Origin: Thermoanaerobaculia bacterium
Lineage (GTDB): Bacteria; Acidobacteriota; Thermoanaerobaculia; Multivoradales; UBA5704
NCBI GenBank assembly: GCA_035536935.1
Contig: DATLNC010000143.1
Location: 2,240-66,239, forward strand
DNA: 64,000 nucleotides
Direction of reading: 5' to 3'
Every line of letters starts with the position of its first letter. Positions within the stretch are counted from its first letter, which is position 1. A program made the translations under genes and the position numbers. Of this stretch, positions 1-9,232 are shown piece after piece. Under the pieces are notes generated by a model, which was given only the letters and a program-made list of their open reading frames with translations, was not told the origin of the DNA and did no database searches.

Positions 1-24
1 CTCCGTGTTGTAGGGAATCTCCAT
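1..24 (-). CDS. 5' end of an unidentified CDS running off the window (MEIPYNTE...)
   Basis: ATG at 24..22 lies 4 nt downstream of a GGAGAGGA Shine-Dalgarno and 13 nt downstream of the ctaD stop. Only 8 codons are visible, so the product cannot be called. Its position suggests another oxidase subunit. Confidence 0.3.
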
Positions 25-37
25 CGGGTCCTCTCCT

Positions 38-1801
38 CTAGCCCTCGTTCTGCGGCGTGAAGTCCCTGGGCGCGCCGGGCAGGCTGTAGTCATACGGCCC
101 GCGGACCACCGTCGGAACCGTGGCGAAGTTGCCATGGGCGAGCGGCGGCGAAGTCGTGGCCGACCACTCGAGCGTGGTGGCGTCCCAGTGGTTGTCGCCC
201 ACCCTCTTCCCCTTGGCCATGCTCCAGAAGAGGTTGATGATGAACGGGATCTGGGCGAGCGCCAGGCCCCAGGCCGAGTACGACATGAAGCGGTTCCACT
301 CCAGCACGCCCTGGGCATGGGCGTACGACTCGCCGCCGTCATAGAGGCGGCGCGACACGCCGGCCATGCCCTGGATGAACATCGGCATGAAGATGCCGTT
401 GATGAAGACGATCGAGAACCAGAAGTGGATCTTGCCCAGCGCGTCGCTCATCTTCTTGCCGGTGATCTTGGGGAACCAGTAGTAGATGCCGGCGAACATG
501 GCGAAGATCGTGCCCGGGGCCACCACGTAATGGAAATGCCCGATCACGTAGTAGGTGTCGTGCAGGTGGATGTCCGACGGGGCGAGGCCGAGCGGCAGGC
601 CGGTGAGGCCGCCGATGGCGAACATCGGCAGGAACGCCAGTGCGAACAGCATCGGCACCGTGAAGCGGATCGAGGCGCCCCAGAGCGAGATGATCAGCGC
701 CGTCAGCACGATGACCGAGGGAATCGAGATGATCATCGTCGTGGTCTGGAAGAAGGTGCTCATCACCGTGCCCATGCCGGTCATGAACATGTGGTGCGCC
801 CACACGATGAACGACATGAAACCGAGGAAGACCACCGAGTAGACCAGCGACTTGTAGCCCCACAGCGGCTTGCGCGTGTTGTTCGCGATCACCTCGGCGA
901 TGATGCCGAACGCCGGCAGGATCAGGACGTAGACCTCCGGGTGGGCCAGGAACCAGAACAGGTGCTGCCAGAGCAGCGGGTTGCCGCCGCCCGAGACCGC
1001 CATCTGCTGGCCCGAGACCACCAGGCCGCTGGGCAGGAAGAAGCTCGTCTTGGCGATCCGGTCCATGCCCTGGAGCACCGCCGCGGCCTGCAGGGCCGGG
1101 AAGGCGAGCAGCAGCAGGAACGAGGTCACGAACTGGGCCCAGACGAAGAACGGCAGGCGCATCCAGGTCAGGCCCGGAGCGCGGAGCTGCACGATCGTGA
1201 CGATGAAGTTCGTCGAGCCGAGAAGCGAGGACAGGATGAGGAAGAGCATGCCGAACAGCCACACCGTCTGGCCCTTGGGCGCGATGTCGGCGAGCGGCGG
1301 GTAGGAGGTCCAGCCCGACTGCGCCGCGCCGCCCTGCATGAAGAAGCTCGAGAGCATGATCATGCCGCCGACGAAGTAGAGCCAGTAGCTGGCCATGTTC
1401 AGCTTGGGGAAGGCCATGTCGGGCGCCCCGATCTGGAGCGGCACCAGGTAGTTGCCGAACGCGCCGACGGCGAGCGGCACGATCCCCAGGAACACCATGA
1501 TGGTGCCGTGCATGGCCCCGAGCTGGTTGTAGAACTCGGGCAGCATGATGCCGCCGGGCGCGTTGAGCTGCCCGAACAGCGCTCCCACCACGGGGATCGG
1601 CTTGCCCGGGAAGGCGAGCTGCCAGCGCATCAGCATCATCAGGGTGAATCCGAACAAGAGGAAGACGAGCGCGGTGAAGCCGTACTGGATGCCGATGACC
1701 TTGTGGTCCTGGGAGAACACGTACTTCCCCCAGAACCCCGGCTCGTGATGAGCATCGGCATGGCCGTGTGTATGAGCTGCGTGATCGTCGACTAATGCCA
1801 T
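38..1801 (-). CDS. ctaD: heme-copper (cytochrome c) oxidase subunit I
   Basis: 587-aa polytopic ORF with subunit I hallmarks: WFLAHPEVYVLILPAFG, VWAHHMF and GHFHYV. GGAGGA SD lies about 10 nt upstream of ATG 1801. Confidence 0.95.
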   Translation of the reverse strand: MALVDDHAAHTHGHADAHHEPGFWGKYVFSQDHKVIGIQYGFTALVFLLFGFTLMMLMRWQLAFPGKPIPVVGALFGQLNAPGGIMLPEFYNQLGAMHGTIMVFLGIVPLAVGAFGNYLVPLQIGAPDMAFPKLNMASYWLYFVGGMIMLSSFFMQGGAAQSGWTSYPPLADIAPKGQTVWLFGMLFLILSSLLGSTNFIVTIVQLRAPGLTWMRLPFFVWAQFVTSFLLLLAFPALQAAAVLQGMDRIAKTSFFLPSGLVVSGQQMAVSGGGNPLLWQHLFWFLAHPEVYVLILPAFGIIAEVIANNTRKPLWGYKSLVYSVVFLGFMSFIVWAHHMFMTGMGTVMSTFFQTTTMIISIPSVIVLTALIISLWGASIRFTVPMLFALAFLPMFAIGGLTGLPLGLAPSDIHLHDTYYVIGHFHYVVAPGTIFAMFAGIYYWFPKITGKKMSDALGKIHFWFSIVFINGIFMPMFIQGMAGVSRRLYDGGESYAHAQGVLEWNRFMSYSAWGLALAQIPFIINLFWSMAKGKRVGDNHWDATTLEWSATTSPPLAHGNFATVPTVVRGPYDYSLPGAPRDFTPQNEG

Positions 1802-1939
1802 CGTCTACTGTCCTCCGACCTCACGATCCGGACCGGCGAGCGTCGGCCACGCGCAGCACGCGCTTGACCCTGCTCGTCCGACTTTTTCTGCATCCAAAAA
1901 CGTCATGCGGAAGCGGCTGCCCGTGAAAGACGCCAGAGT

Positions 1940-2569
1940 TTACGACAGGGGCTTCGCCAGCCGCAACAGGTCCCTGCGCAGCTTCTCCGTCGAGGCCTCG
2001 TCGAACGCCTCGTAGTACCCCCGGATCTGCCCTTCGCCGTCCACCAGCACGAAGCGCGTGCTATGGAGAATGGGCTCGGGACCTGCCATCCCCGGCATCC
2101 CCGGCGGCGGGTCCATGTCGAGCCCCAGCTTGAAGCCCTCGATCGACAGGCGGCGGACGTCCTCCCTCTCCCCCGTGAGGAAGAGCCAGCGCTCCGGGGC
2201 CTTGAACTTCTTCGCGTAGCGCTCCAGGACCTCGGGCGTGTCGTACGCGGGGTCCACGCTGATGGAGACCAGGAGCACGTCCAGCTCCCGAGGGAGGCCG
2301 TGGTCCAGGCGGGCCATGCGCGCCGACATCATCGGGCAGGAAGCGGGGCAGCGCGTGAAGATGAAGTCCGCCACCCAGGGCGCGCCCGCCATGTCCTCCA
2401 GGCGGATCGTCCGGCCGTCCCGGTTGACCAGGGAGAACGCCGGGAGCTTGCCGTAGACAGGAAGCGGGTCGGGCTGGCGCAGCCACTGAATGAGGGTCGC
2501 GACGGCTACCGCCAACAGCACAGCAACCAGAAACGCCCAGAGGAGCCCCCTCCTGAGAGGGATCTTCAT
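1940..2569 (-). CDS. SCO1/SenC family copper chaperone (thioredoxin fold)
   Basis: 209-aa product with an N-terminal anchor (LLWAFLVAVLLAVAVA), a CPASC CxxxC motif and a conserved downstream His (ILHSTRFVLVD). Start ATG 2569 was chosen because the 477-aa extension of ORF 1940..3373 overlaps the ABC permease gene and is Arg/Gly/Pro junk. Confidence 0.9.
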   Translation of the reverse strand: MKIPLRRGLLWAFLVAVLLAVAVATLIQWLRQPDPLPVYGKLPAFSLVNRDGRTIRLEDMAGAPWVADFIFTRCPASCPMMSARMARLDHGLPRELDVLLVSISVDPAYDTPEVLERYAKKFKAPERWLFLTGEREDVRRLSIEGFKLGLDMDPPPGMPGMAGPEPILHSTRFVLVDGEGQIRGYYEAFDEASTEKLRRDLLRLAKPLS

Positions 2570-3336
2570 TCGGACGTCCCCCTCATGGCCAGCAGATCGA
2601 AACCGAACGCGACCGCCGCGGCCAGGATCGTCACCGCGACCGCGACTCCCGGGCCGGGAAGCCCGGTCCCGACCTCGGGGGCAGAGCCGTACAGCGCCCA
2701 GCGCAGCGCGGCCACACCGTAGGTGAGCGGGTTGGCCCTCATCAACGCCGCCAGCCAGCCCGGCGCGCCGGACGGCGGGAAGAACGCTCCCGACAGGAGC
2801 CACATGGGGACGAGCAGCAGGTTCATCACCGCGTGGAAGCCCTGGACCGAGTCGACCTTCCAGGCAAAGGCGAAGCCGACCGCGGTCAGCGCGATCCCGA
2901 GGACCGCGAGCACCCCGGCCGCGGCGAGGGCCGAGGAGAGCGTCAGACGGATCCCGGAGAGCGGCGCGAGCGCCAGGAAGATCACCGACTGGAGCCAGGC
3001 GATCGTGGCGCCGCCGAGGACCTTGCCGGCGGCGATCGACGCCCGCGGCACCGGCGCCACGAGCACCCCCTGCAGGAAGCCCTGGTTGCGGTCCTCGATG
3101 ACCGAGATCGTGGAGAAGATCGCGGCGAACAGGAGGGTCAGCACCATCGTGCCCGGAAAGAAATACTCCAGGTAGGTCAGGTTCGCCGGCCCGCCCGGCA
3201 GCCGGAACGAGCCGGAAAGCCCGCTGCCGATCAGCACCCAGAAGATCAGCGGCGATCCGGCCGCGCCCGCGATCCGGCTCGGCTGGCGGAAGAACCGCAC
3301 CAGCTCGCGCTTCCAGAGTGTAAACACGGCCATCAT
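2566..3336 (-). CDS. ABC-2 type transporter permease
   Basis: 256-aa, about 6-TM protein with the typical ABC-2 N-terminus (WKRELVRFFRQPSRI). 4-nt overlaps with the upstream ATPase and downstream SCO genes indicate an operon. Confidence 0.85.
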   Translation of the reverse strand: MMAVFTLWKRELVRFFRQPSRIAGAAGSPLIFWVLIGSGLSGSFRLPGGPANLTYLEYFFPGTMVLTLLFAAIFSTISVIEDRNQGFLQGVLVAPVPRASIAAGKVLGGATIAWLQSVIFLALAPLSGIRLTLSSALAAAGVLAVLGIALTAVGFAFAWKVDSVQGFHAVMNLLLVPMWLLSGAFFPPSGAPGWLAALMRANPLTYGVAALRWALYGSAPEVGTGLPGPGVAVAVTILAAAVAFGFDLLAMRGTSE

Positions 3337-4274
3337 TGATACAGCCGCCTTCCCGTGCGCTGAAGGAAGACATCCTCCAGGGTGGGACGGGCCACGGTCA
3401 CGGCATCCACCCGGCCGGGCAGCGCCTCGATCAACCGCGTCACCAGCTCGTGCCCCCGCTCGTGCTCGAGCCGGACGGTGCCGTCGCGGATCTCCGGCGC
3501 AATCTCCGGGAACCGGGTAGCCAAGTCGCGCACCAGCCCATCCGGGTCGGGTCCGGTCAGCGTGACCACGTCGCCGCCGATCTCCTCCTTGAGCGCGCCC
3601 GGGCTTCCCTCGGCGACCAGAGACCCGCGGTCGATCAGCGCCAGCCGGTCGCAGCGGTCCCCCTCCTCCATGAAATGGGTGGTGAGGAGGACGGTCACCC
3701 CTTCTTTTCGCAGCCCGTCGAGCGTGCTCCAGAGGTCGCGCCGCGCCCCGGGATCGAGCCCCGTGCTCGGCTCGTCGAGGAGCAGCAGCCGCGGTTTGTG
3801 GAGGAGGGATTTGGCGATCTCCACCCGGCGCCGCAGCCCGCCGGAGAGCTCCAGCGCCTTCTGATCCCGGCGCTCAGCCAGCCCGAACCGCTCCAGAGCC
3901 GCGTCGATCCGCTGGGAGAGATTCCCCCCGCTCAGCCCGTAAAGATGGCCCTGGTGGACCAGGTTCTCCCGCACGGTGAGGTGGATGTCGAGGCTCGGGT
4001 TCTGGAACACGACGCCCAGCAGGCGGCGCACGGCAGCAGGATTGTCCGTCCCGAACACGCGGACCTCTCCCCCCTGCGGGCGGGCGAGGGTGGCGAGGAT
4101 GCGGAAGAGAGTGGTCTTGCCGCCGCCGTTGGGTCCGAGAAAGCCGTAGATCTCGCCGGGGGCGACCTCGAAGCTCAGTCCCGCCAGTGCCTGGTGCACG
4201 CCCTTCCGGCTGCGGTAGGCGTACTCGACCCCTCGGGCCTCGACAGCCCCTCCGATGGAAGAATTAGGAGACAA
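3333..4274 (-). CDS. ABC transporter ATP-binding protein
   Basis: Walker A GPNGGGKTT, signature LSGGLRRR and Walker B LLLLDEP. 313 aa. Confidence 0.93.
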   Translation of the reverse strand: MSPNSSIGGAVEARGVEYAYRSRKGVHQALAGLSFEVAPGEIYGFLGPNGGGKTTLFRILATLARPQGGEVRVFGTDNPAAVRRLLGVVFQNPSLDIHLTVRENLVHQGHLYGLSGGNLSQRIDAALERFGLAERRDQKALELSGGLRRRVEIAKSLLHKPRLLLLDEPSTGLDPGARRDLWSTLDGLRKEGVTVLLTTHFMEEGDRCDRLALIDRGSLVAEGSPGALKEEIGGDVVTLTGPDPDGLVRDLATRFPEIAPEIRDGTVRLEHERGHELVTRLIEALPGRVDAVTVARPTLEDVFLQRTGRRLYQ

Positions 4275-5169
4275 CGCGGTCCACGAGCATCACCAGGAGG
4301 ACAGCCGGGAAATAGAGGATCGACGCCAGCATCAGCCAGCGGGCCCCGGGCGTGTTGCGGCTCCTGGCGAACGCGACGCCAAACCCCAAGTAGGCAAGGC
4401 CGAGGGCGAGCGCGCCGACGAAGTAGACGCTTCCCATCAGCCCGAGCAGCGACGGCATCAGGCTCACCGGCACCAGGACCGCGCCGTAGAGCAGGACCTG
4501 GCGCGCCGTGCGGAGCCCCTCCGGGTCCGACACCGTCAGCATGGGGAAGCCGGCCTCGCGGTAATCGTCGCGGCAGAGCCAGGCGATGGCCAGGAAGTGG
4601 GGCATCTGCCAGAAGAAGAGGATGCCGAAGAGCACCCAGGCCGCGAGGTCGATCTCGTTGCGCACCGCGCTCCATCCCATCATCGGAGGGATGGCGCCGG
4701 GAATCGCGCCGACGATGGTCGAGAGCGAGCTGACCCGCTTGAGCGGCGTGTAGACGAACACGTACCCGGCCAGGGCGACCGCACCGAGGAGAGCGGTCAG
4801 GAGGTTGACCCCGAGGGCCAGCTCCGCGAGCCCGGCGACCCCGAGCGCGACGCCGAAGAGCAGCGCGACGTCCGGATCCATCCTCCCCGCCGGCAGGGGA
4901 CGCTGAGCGGTCCGGCGCATGAGCGCGTCCGTCTCGCGCTCGACGACCTGGTTCAGGGCGGAGGCGCCCGCCGAGACCAGCGCGGTCCCGAGCAGCGTGT
5001 GGACAAGGAGAAGGAACGAGATCCCCTCCCGCTCCGCGAGCAGGAAGCCGAGCCCGGCCGTCAGGACCACCATCAAGGTGATACCCGGCTTGGTCAGCTC
5101 CTTGAGGTCGGCCAGCCGGATGGAAACCGGCAGGGCCGGCTCGGGAGTGAGTTCTTTGGTAATGCTCAT
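4264..5169 (-). CDS. ctaB: protoheme IX farnesyltransferase (heme O synthase)
   Basis: 301-aa UbiA-family polytopic protein with the typical CtaB/CyoE N-terminus (DLKELTKPGITLMVVLTA) and a DxxxD-type motif region (NQVVERETDALMRRT). Confidence 0.9.
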   Translation of the reverse strand: MSITKELTPEPALPVSIRLADLKELTKPGITLMVVLTAGLGFLLAEREGISFLLLVHTLLGTALVSAGASALNQVVERETDALMRRTAQRPLPAGRMDPDVALLFGVALGVAGLAELALGVNLLTALLGAVALAGYVFVYTPLKRVSSLSTIVGAIPGAIPPMMGWSAVRNEIDLAAWVLFGILFFWQMPHFLAIAWLCRDDYREAGFPMLTVSDPEGLRTARQVLLYGAVLVPVSLMPSLLGLMGSVYFVGALALGLAYLGFGVAFARSRNTPGARWLMLASILYFPAVLLVMLVDRVVS

Positions 5170-5205
5170 GTCGTGTCGGGACCTGCCGGGCAGATCCGGG
5201 GGAGT

Positions 5206-6240
5206 TTAGCAGGAGTCGTACCCCGCCGCCGCAATCCTTTCCAGGAGAGGACGCGCGCCCAGAGCTTCATAGGAAGTAACCGTCCCTGTAGCCTGCACGC
5301 TTCCCTCGTACAGTCCCCGGGCCACGAAGGCGGCAGGCAGGGCGGCCATGCGCTGGCCTTCCCGCGCGCCGCCGATCCAGGCGTCGGAGCGCTCTCCATC
5401 CGGCCCGGTGAGCTCCACCTTCACATATCCGCCCGAGTGGCCGAAGCGCGAGGCAAGCCGGGCCATCGGGGTGATCGCCCGGGCGAGCGTCACTCCCAGG
5501 CCCGGCCCCAGGTAGGACATCGCGGCGAGGCTCGCCGTGGCCATGCGGGACTCGAACCCCACCTTGACCCGCACCTCGCGAGCGCCGACGAGGTCCGGGA
5601 AGAGGTCCATCTCCGGGCTGTCGAAGTCGTAGACGCCGCGAGGTCCGAACGGCCGGGGCAGGTCCACCGCCTCGCGTCCGCGCAGCCCGATCAGGGTCCC
5701 CTGGGGAGCCTCGAACCGCCGGCCGAGCTGGCCCGCGGCCGACTCCACTGCCGCCGTCCCCTTGGGATTGGCGTTGCCGATGAAGAGAGTCACCCGGGCG
5801 CGGCGAACCTCCCGCAGCCGCTCGGCCGCGGCCAGGGCCAGGGCGCCGGAGATCCCCGGAAGCGTCGAGCAGCCGCAGGCCGCCGTCAGCCCCGCGGACC
5901 GGAAGCGGTCGCTCATCCCCCGCAGGCGGGAGAACCAGCCGCGGTCGTCCGCGATATCCACGTAGTGGACGCCCGCGGCGAGGCAGGCTTCCGGGAGAGC
6001 GAAGGTCAGGTCTCCGAAGGGTCCGGCGCAGGCGACGGCGACCCGGGCGCCCTCCAGGGCACGGGCGCAGGAGGCGGGATCGGAGACGTCCGCGGCCATC
6101 CCCGTTCCCCCGAGCGATTCGGCGAAGCGGGCGGCCCGGTCGCCGTCGCGCCCCGCGATCCGGAGCGGCAGGTCCGCCAGCTCCCTGGCGACGAGCGAGC
6201 CGAAAACACCATAGCCGCCGAAGACGACGATCATCTCCAT
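5206..6240 (-). CDS. saccharopine dehydrogenase-like NAD(P)-binding oxidoreductase
   Basis: 344 aa with an N-terminal Rossmann motif (VVFGGYGVFGSLVAREL). Overall family resemblance only; the substrate is unknown. Confidence 0.7.
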   Translation of the reverse strand: MEMIVVFGGYGVFGSLVARELADLPLRIAGRDGDRAARFAESLGGTGMAADVSDPASCARALEGARVAVACAGPFGDLTFALPEACLAAGVHYVDIADDRGWFSRLRGMSDRFRSAGLTAACGCSTLPGISGALALAAAERLREVRRARVTLFIGNANPKGTAAVESAAGQLGRRFEAPQGTLIGLRGREAVDLPRPFGPRGVYDFDSPEMDLFPDLVGAREVRVKVGFESRMATASLAAMSYLGPGLGVTLARAITPMARLASRFGHSGGYVKVELTGPDGERSDAWIGGAREGQRMAALPAAFVARGLYEGSVQATGTVTSYEALGARPLLERIAAAGYDSC

Positions 6241-6243
6241 CCC

Positions 6244-6440
6244 CCAACCAACCGTTTGAGCCAGCTACCCAATAGGTAGACCCCTCTACCCGCTCGTTGG
6301 AGCCAGCTACCCACTCGTTTGGGCGAGCTACCCACTCTTTGGAGCCGCCTACCCCAACGGGTACACCCCTCTACCCGCTCGTCGGAGCCAGCTACCCGGC
6401 GGTTGGACTCCTCTACCCGCTCGTTGGAGCCACCCACCTC
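6244..6440. repeat. degenerate tandem array, about 9 units of 21 bp ending in CTACCC
   Basis: The CTACCC anchor occurs at 6265, 6286, 6307, 6328, 6349, 6371, 6392 and 6413. Spacings are 21,21,21,21,22,21,21. The consensus is roughly GCTCGTTGGAGCCAGCTACCC. The last unit overlaps the 3' end of CDS 6413..7045. Confidence 0.85.
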
Positions 6441-7045
6441 GCCACCAGGATCGTCCAGAGGCTGTAGAACCCGATCGTCGGCCCGGTCGCGAGCTCCAGG
6501 AGCCGGGGCGAGGGGATCACCCCGGCGACGGCCATGGCCGCGCCAAAGACTACCGTGGCAAAACCTGCGAGCCGAGCCCCTGTCCCGATCCGCAGGCTCA
6601 GGGTGAAGATCAGCACGGCGGCGGTGTAGAGGCCGTTGGCCACCGTGGCTCCGCCGGTGAAGGCGACGGCCTCCAGGGAACGGAAGAGCGGCTCCGAGAC
6701 TGTAGCCAGAGGCAGCCCGCGGATCTGGATCACGTCACAGAACAGATCGACTCCCATGCCCGCCGCGGTCAGAGTCAAGGCCAGATCGGCCGCCAGTGAT
6801 CGCGCTGGCAGACAGCCGCGCAAGGCGGCAACATAGCCCAGGAGCAGGAGCGAGCACACCATCCAGACTCCCCATCCCCAGGTCCAGCCCGCGGGATGGC
6901 CAGACAGGTACGCCATACGCTCGGGAAGGGGGACCAGGGGGCTGCCCGGCCGCATGCCGAACAGCGCGAGCACCAGCCCCACGCCATGGAGGACGACATT
7001 GCCCCAGGCAAGCCCCCGGAGGAGCCGGTTCGAAGGAGGGATCAT
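6413..7045 (-). CDS. hypothetical polytopic membrane protein
   Basis: 210-aa ORF with about 6 hydrophobic helices and no recognisable motif. Confidence 0.6.
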   Translation of the reverse strand: MIPPSNRLLRGLAWGNVVLHGVGLVLALFGMRPGSPLVPLPERMAYLSGHPAGWTWGWGVWMVCSLLLLGYVAALRGCLPARSLAADLALTLTAAGMGVDLFCDVIQIRGLPLATVSEPLFRSLEAVAFTGGATVANGLYTAAVLIFTLSLRIGTGARLAGFATVVFGAAMAVAGVIPSPRLLELATGPTIGFYSLWTILVARWVAPTSG

Positions 7046-7083
7046 TTGGGGCCGATCATAACCCTTGCTACAGTGAGCGGCCC

Positions 7084-7836
7084 ATGGACCGGATCGATCT
7101 CGGGGCCTCCCATCTCGCCGTGCAGCTCGACGCCCCGCCAGGCGCCAGCGACTTCTGCCTCCTCTATCTCCATGGCTTCGGATCGGTGCAGACCGGCGAG
7201 AAGGCCGACTTCTTCCGGCAGAAGGCTCTGGAGAGCGGCTTCGCCTTCTGCTCTTTCGACTTCCAGGGTCACGGCCAGTCCGGCGGCACCATGCAAGGTC
7301 TCACCCTTTCCCGAAACCTCCAGGACGTGGCCCGGGTGCATGACTATGTGAGGGAGAGGGGCTACGACCGGGTCTGCCTGCTCGGCTCCTCGATGGGAGG
7401 AGGCACGGCCCTCTGGTACTCGGCGCTCCATCCGGACGAGGTCGTCGCCGGCCTCCACATCGCACCGGCTCTCCAGTTCGAGAGGAGCCTCACGGCCTGG
7501 GCCGGACCCGAGCGCTGCCGGACCTGGCAGGAGACCGGAACGATCCACTTCGAGAACGACCTCGTCTCCTGCGAGCTCGGCTGGGACCTGATCGAAGACC
7601 TCCGGCGCCACGCCTTCGAAGACCTACTTCACCAGTACCGGACCCCCGCCCTCCTCCTCCAGGGCAAGCTCGACACCTCCGTCCCCTGGAAGGATGTTGC
7701 CGACTTCGCCACTCGCTGCGCCTATCCCGGCATCGAGCTCCACCTCTTCGCCGACGGCGACCACCGCCTCACCGACCGCAAGGACCGGCTGTGGCAGCTC
7801 ATGCTGGAATTCCTGCGGGGACGCATGTTGCTCTAA
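7084..7836 (+). CDS. alpha/beta-fold hydrolase
   Basis: Nucleophile elbow GSSMGG and an HG-type oxyanion region (LYLHGFGS). Start ATG 7084 (MDRIDLG) was chosen because the longer ORF from 6796 overlaps the converging membrane-protein gene. Confidence 0.85.
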   Translation: MDRIDLGASHLAVQLDAPPGASDFCLLYLHGFGSVQTGEKADFFRQKALESGFAFCSFDFQGHGQSGGTMQGLTLSRNLQDVARVHDYVRERGYDRVCLLGSSMGGGTALWYSALHPDEVVAGLHIAPALQFERSLTAWAGPERCRTWQETGTIHFENDLVSCELGWDLIEDLRRHAFEDLLHQYRTPALLLQGKLDTSVPWKDVADFATRCAYPGIELHLFADGDHRLTDRKDRLWQLMLEFLRGRMLL

Positions 7837-7859
7837 TATCTTAAGCAGGTGCACTACCT

Positions 7860-9086
7860 ATGAAGTTTCATCCTCACGACCTTCTGCTTCTGGAAGCCTT
7901 CGGCTCTCTGTCCCGCGAGCAGCGTCGCCCGGTCATTGGACACCTTGAACAGTGCACGAGATGCCGGGAGAGGCTCAAAACTCTGCACCGCCAGAGAACG
8001 GGCGCGCTTTCCAAGAGGATTGCAGGCCTGACCAAGCCACCCGAATCGCCCGGCGATTATGACTCTGCCCTCGATCAAGCCATGCAACGCTTCCGATCTC
8101 GCCAAGCTGCCTTGGAACAGGAACGGAGCGAGGCCGTAGATCTCTTCGCGAAACTGCTGGAGGAGTCGCCAGAACAACGGGAAGTGCTCGTACAGAAGAG
8201 TCCAAAGTTCCGGACCTGGGGCCTTCTGGAGCTTGTCTTGGATGAGGGAAGGACGGCTACGCAGAAGGCCCCCACGAGCGGCGAGCCTTTGGTCCGGCTC
8301 GCCCTCACACTAGCGGACCATCTAGATGAAGCCTACTACGGCAGAGCACGGATCGACGATCTTCGGGCACGTGCCTGGTCAGTCCTCGGAAATACGCTCA
8401 GACTGAGATTCGAGCTCCCGAGTGCTGAAGCGGCATTTGAAACCGCCGAACGCCACCTCCGCAGAGGAACGGGTGACCCACTGGAACGAGCCGGCATTTC
8501 GGATTTTAGGGCGTCCCTGTGGAGAGCACAGGGTAAACTCGATCAGGCTATGCGGCTCCTAGAGCGTGCGTTTGCCATCTATACCGAAGCCGGGGATCGG
8601 CACAAAGCCGGCAAGGTCCTCCTCAACATGGACTTGGTGCACCATTCCGCTGGCCATCCCTTGGATGGCATCCCCTTACTTCATCGAGCTCTCGAACTCA
8701 TTCATCCTCTGCACAGCCCCACGTATCTGCTCAACGCCTGGCATAACCTAGCCAGCAATCTGACGAAAGCTGGACGTTACATGGAGGCGCAAGGTGCTTT
8801 CCTGAGAGCTCGCTCACTCTATGGCGGATACCCTGGCTACCCAGACCGAGCCTTGGTCTCGAAGAGTTTTTGGATTGAGGGTCGGCTCGCCTTGGGACGG
8901 GGTCAATTCAGGGAGGCACAAGAACTCCTCCGGAAAGCACAAGATGGACTAGCCGCTCATGGACTCCCATCCGCTACAGCACAAGTGGAGGAGGAAATGA
9001 GAGCCGTCCGCGCTGGGCAGGACCGGGAACGAGCCCGCAGACGGCGGCAGCCGGTTCCTGCCGATCCGAAAAGCGGCGTTCGGTAG
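7860..9086 (+). CDS. soluble TPR-like protein with N-terminal HxxxCxxC (zf-HC2 anti-sigma-type) motif
   Basis: 408 aa with no TM segment. HLEQCTRC is encoded at nt 7941-7964. It is a clear paralog of CDS 9663..10847 (shared blocks such as F.TWG, DLRARAW, RFEL, GIPLL and W.EG). Confidence 0.8.
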   Translation: MKFHPHDLLLLEAFGSLSREQRRPVIGHLEQCTRCRERLKTLHRQRTGALSKRIAGLTKPPESPGDYDSALDQAMQRFRSRQAALEQERSEAVDLFAKLLEESPEQREVLVQKSPKFRTWGLLELVLDEGRTATQKAPTSGEPLVRLALTLADHLDEAYYGRARIDDLRARAWSVLGNTLRLRFELPSAEAAFETAERHLRRGTGDPLERAGISDFRASLWRAQGKLDQAMRLLERAFAIYTEAGDRHKAGKVLLNMDLVHHSAGHPLDGIPLLHRALELIHPLHSPTYLLNAWHNLASNLTKAGRYMEAQGAFLRARSLYGGYPGYPDRALVSKSFWIEGRLALGRGQFREAQELLRKAQDGLAAHGLPSATAQVEEEMRAVRAGQDRERARRRRQPVPADPKSGVR

Positions 9087-9232
9087 CTTGCTTAGAGCTA
9101 GTGCGGGGCAAATCGCTGGCCTGAGAAGACCCCCCTTTCCCGCTTTTAGGGAAAAGTGCCACTCTTTCCAGTAGAGGGACGCCCGGCGGCCATCATGGCA
9201 CGCCATTTTGGCAGTCCAAAGGGGAGGATTTT

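Noticed and set aside
6796-7083. Upstream extensions of several ORF-track entries: 6796..7836, 1940..3373, 45600..46868, 51414..52805, 52681..53919, 53283..57125, 59972..61570, 36461..37690 and 44151..45185.
   Set aside because: In each case the extension overlaps a neighbouring well-supported gene or is compositionally junk. An internal start with a Shine-Dalgarno sequence, a signal peptide or a family-typical N-terminus is available.
9196-9213. Sigma-54-like promoter TGGCAC-N-TTGGCA upstream of the small peptide gene.
   Set aside because: The GG-to-GC spacing is about 2 nt longer than the -24/-12 consensus. The implied transcription start would fall inside the Shine-Dalgarno sequence (9220-9227).
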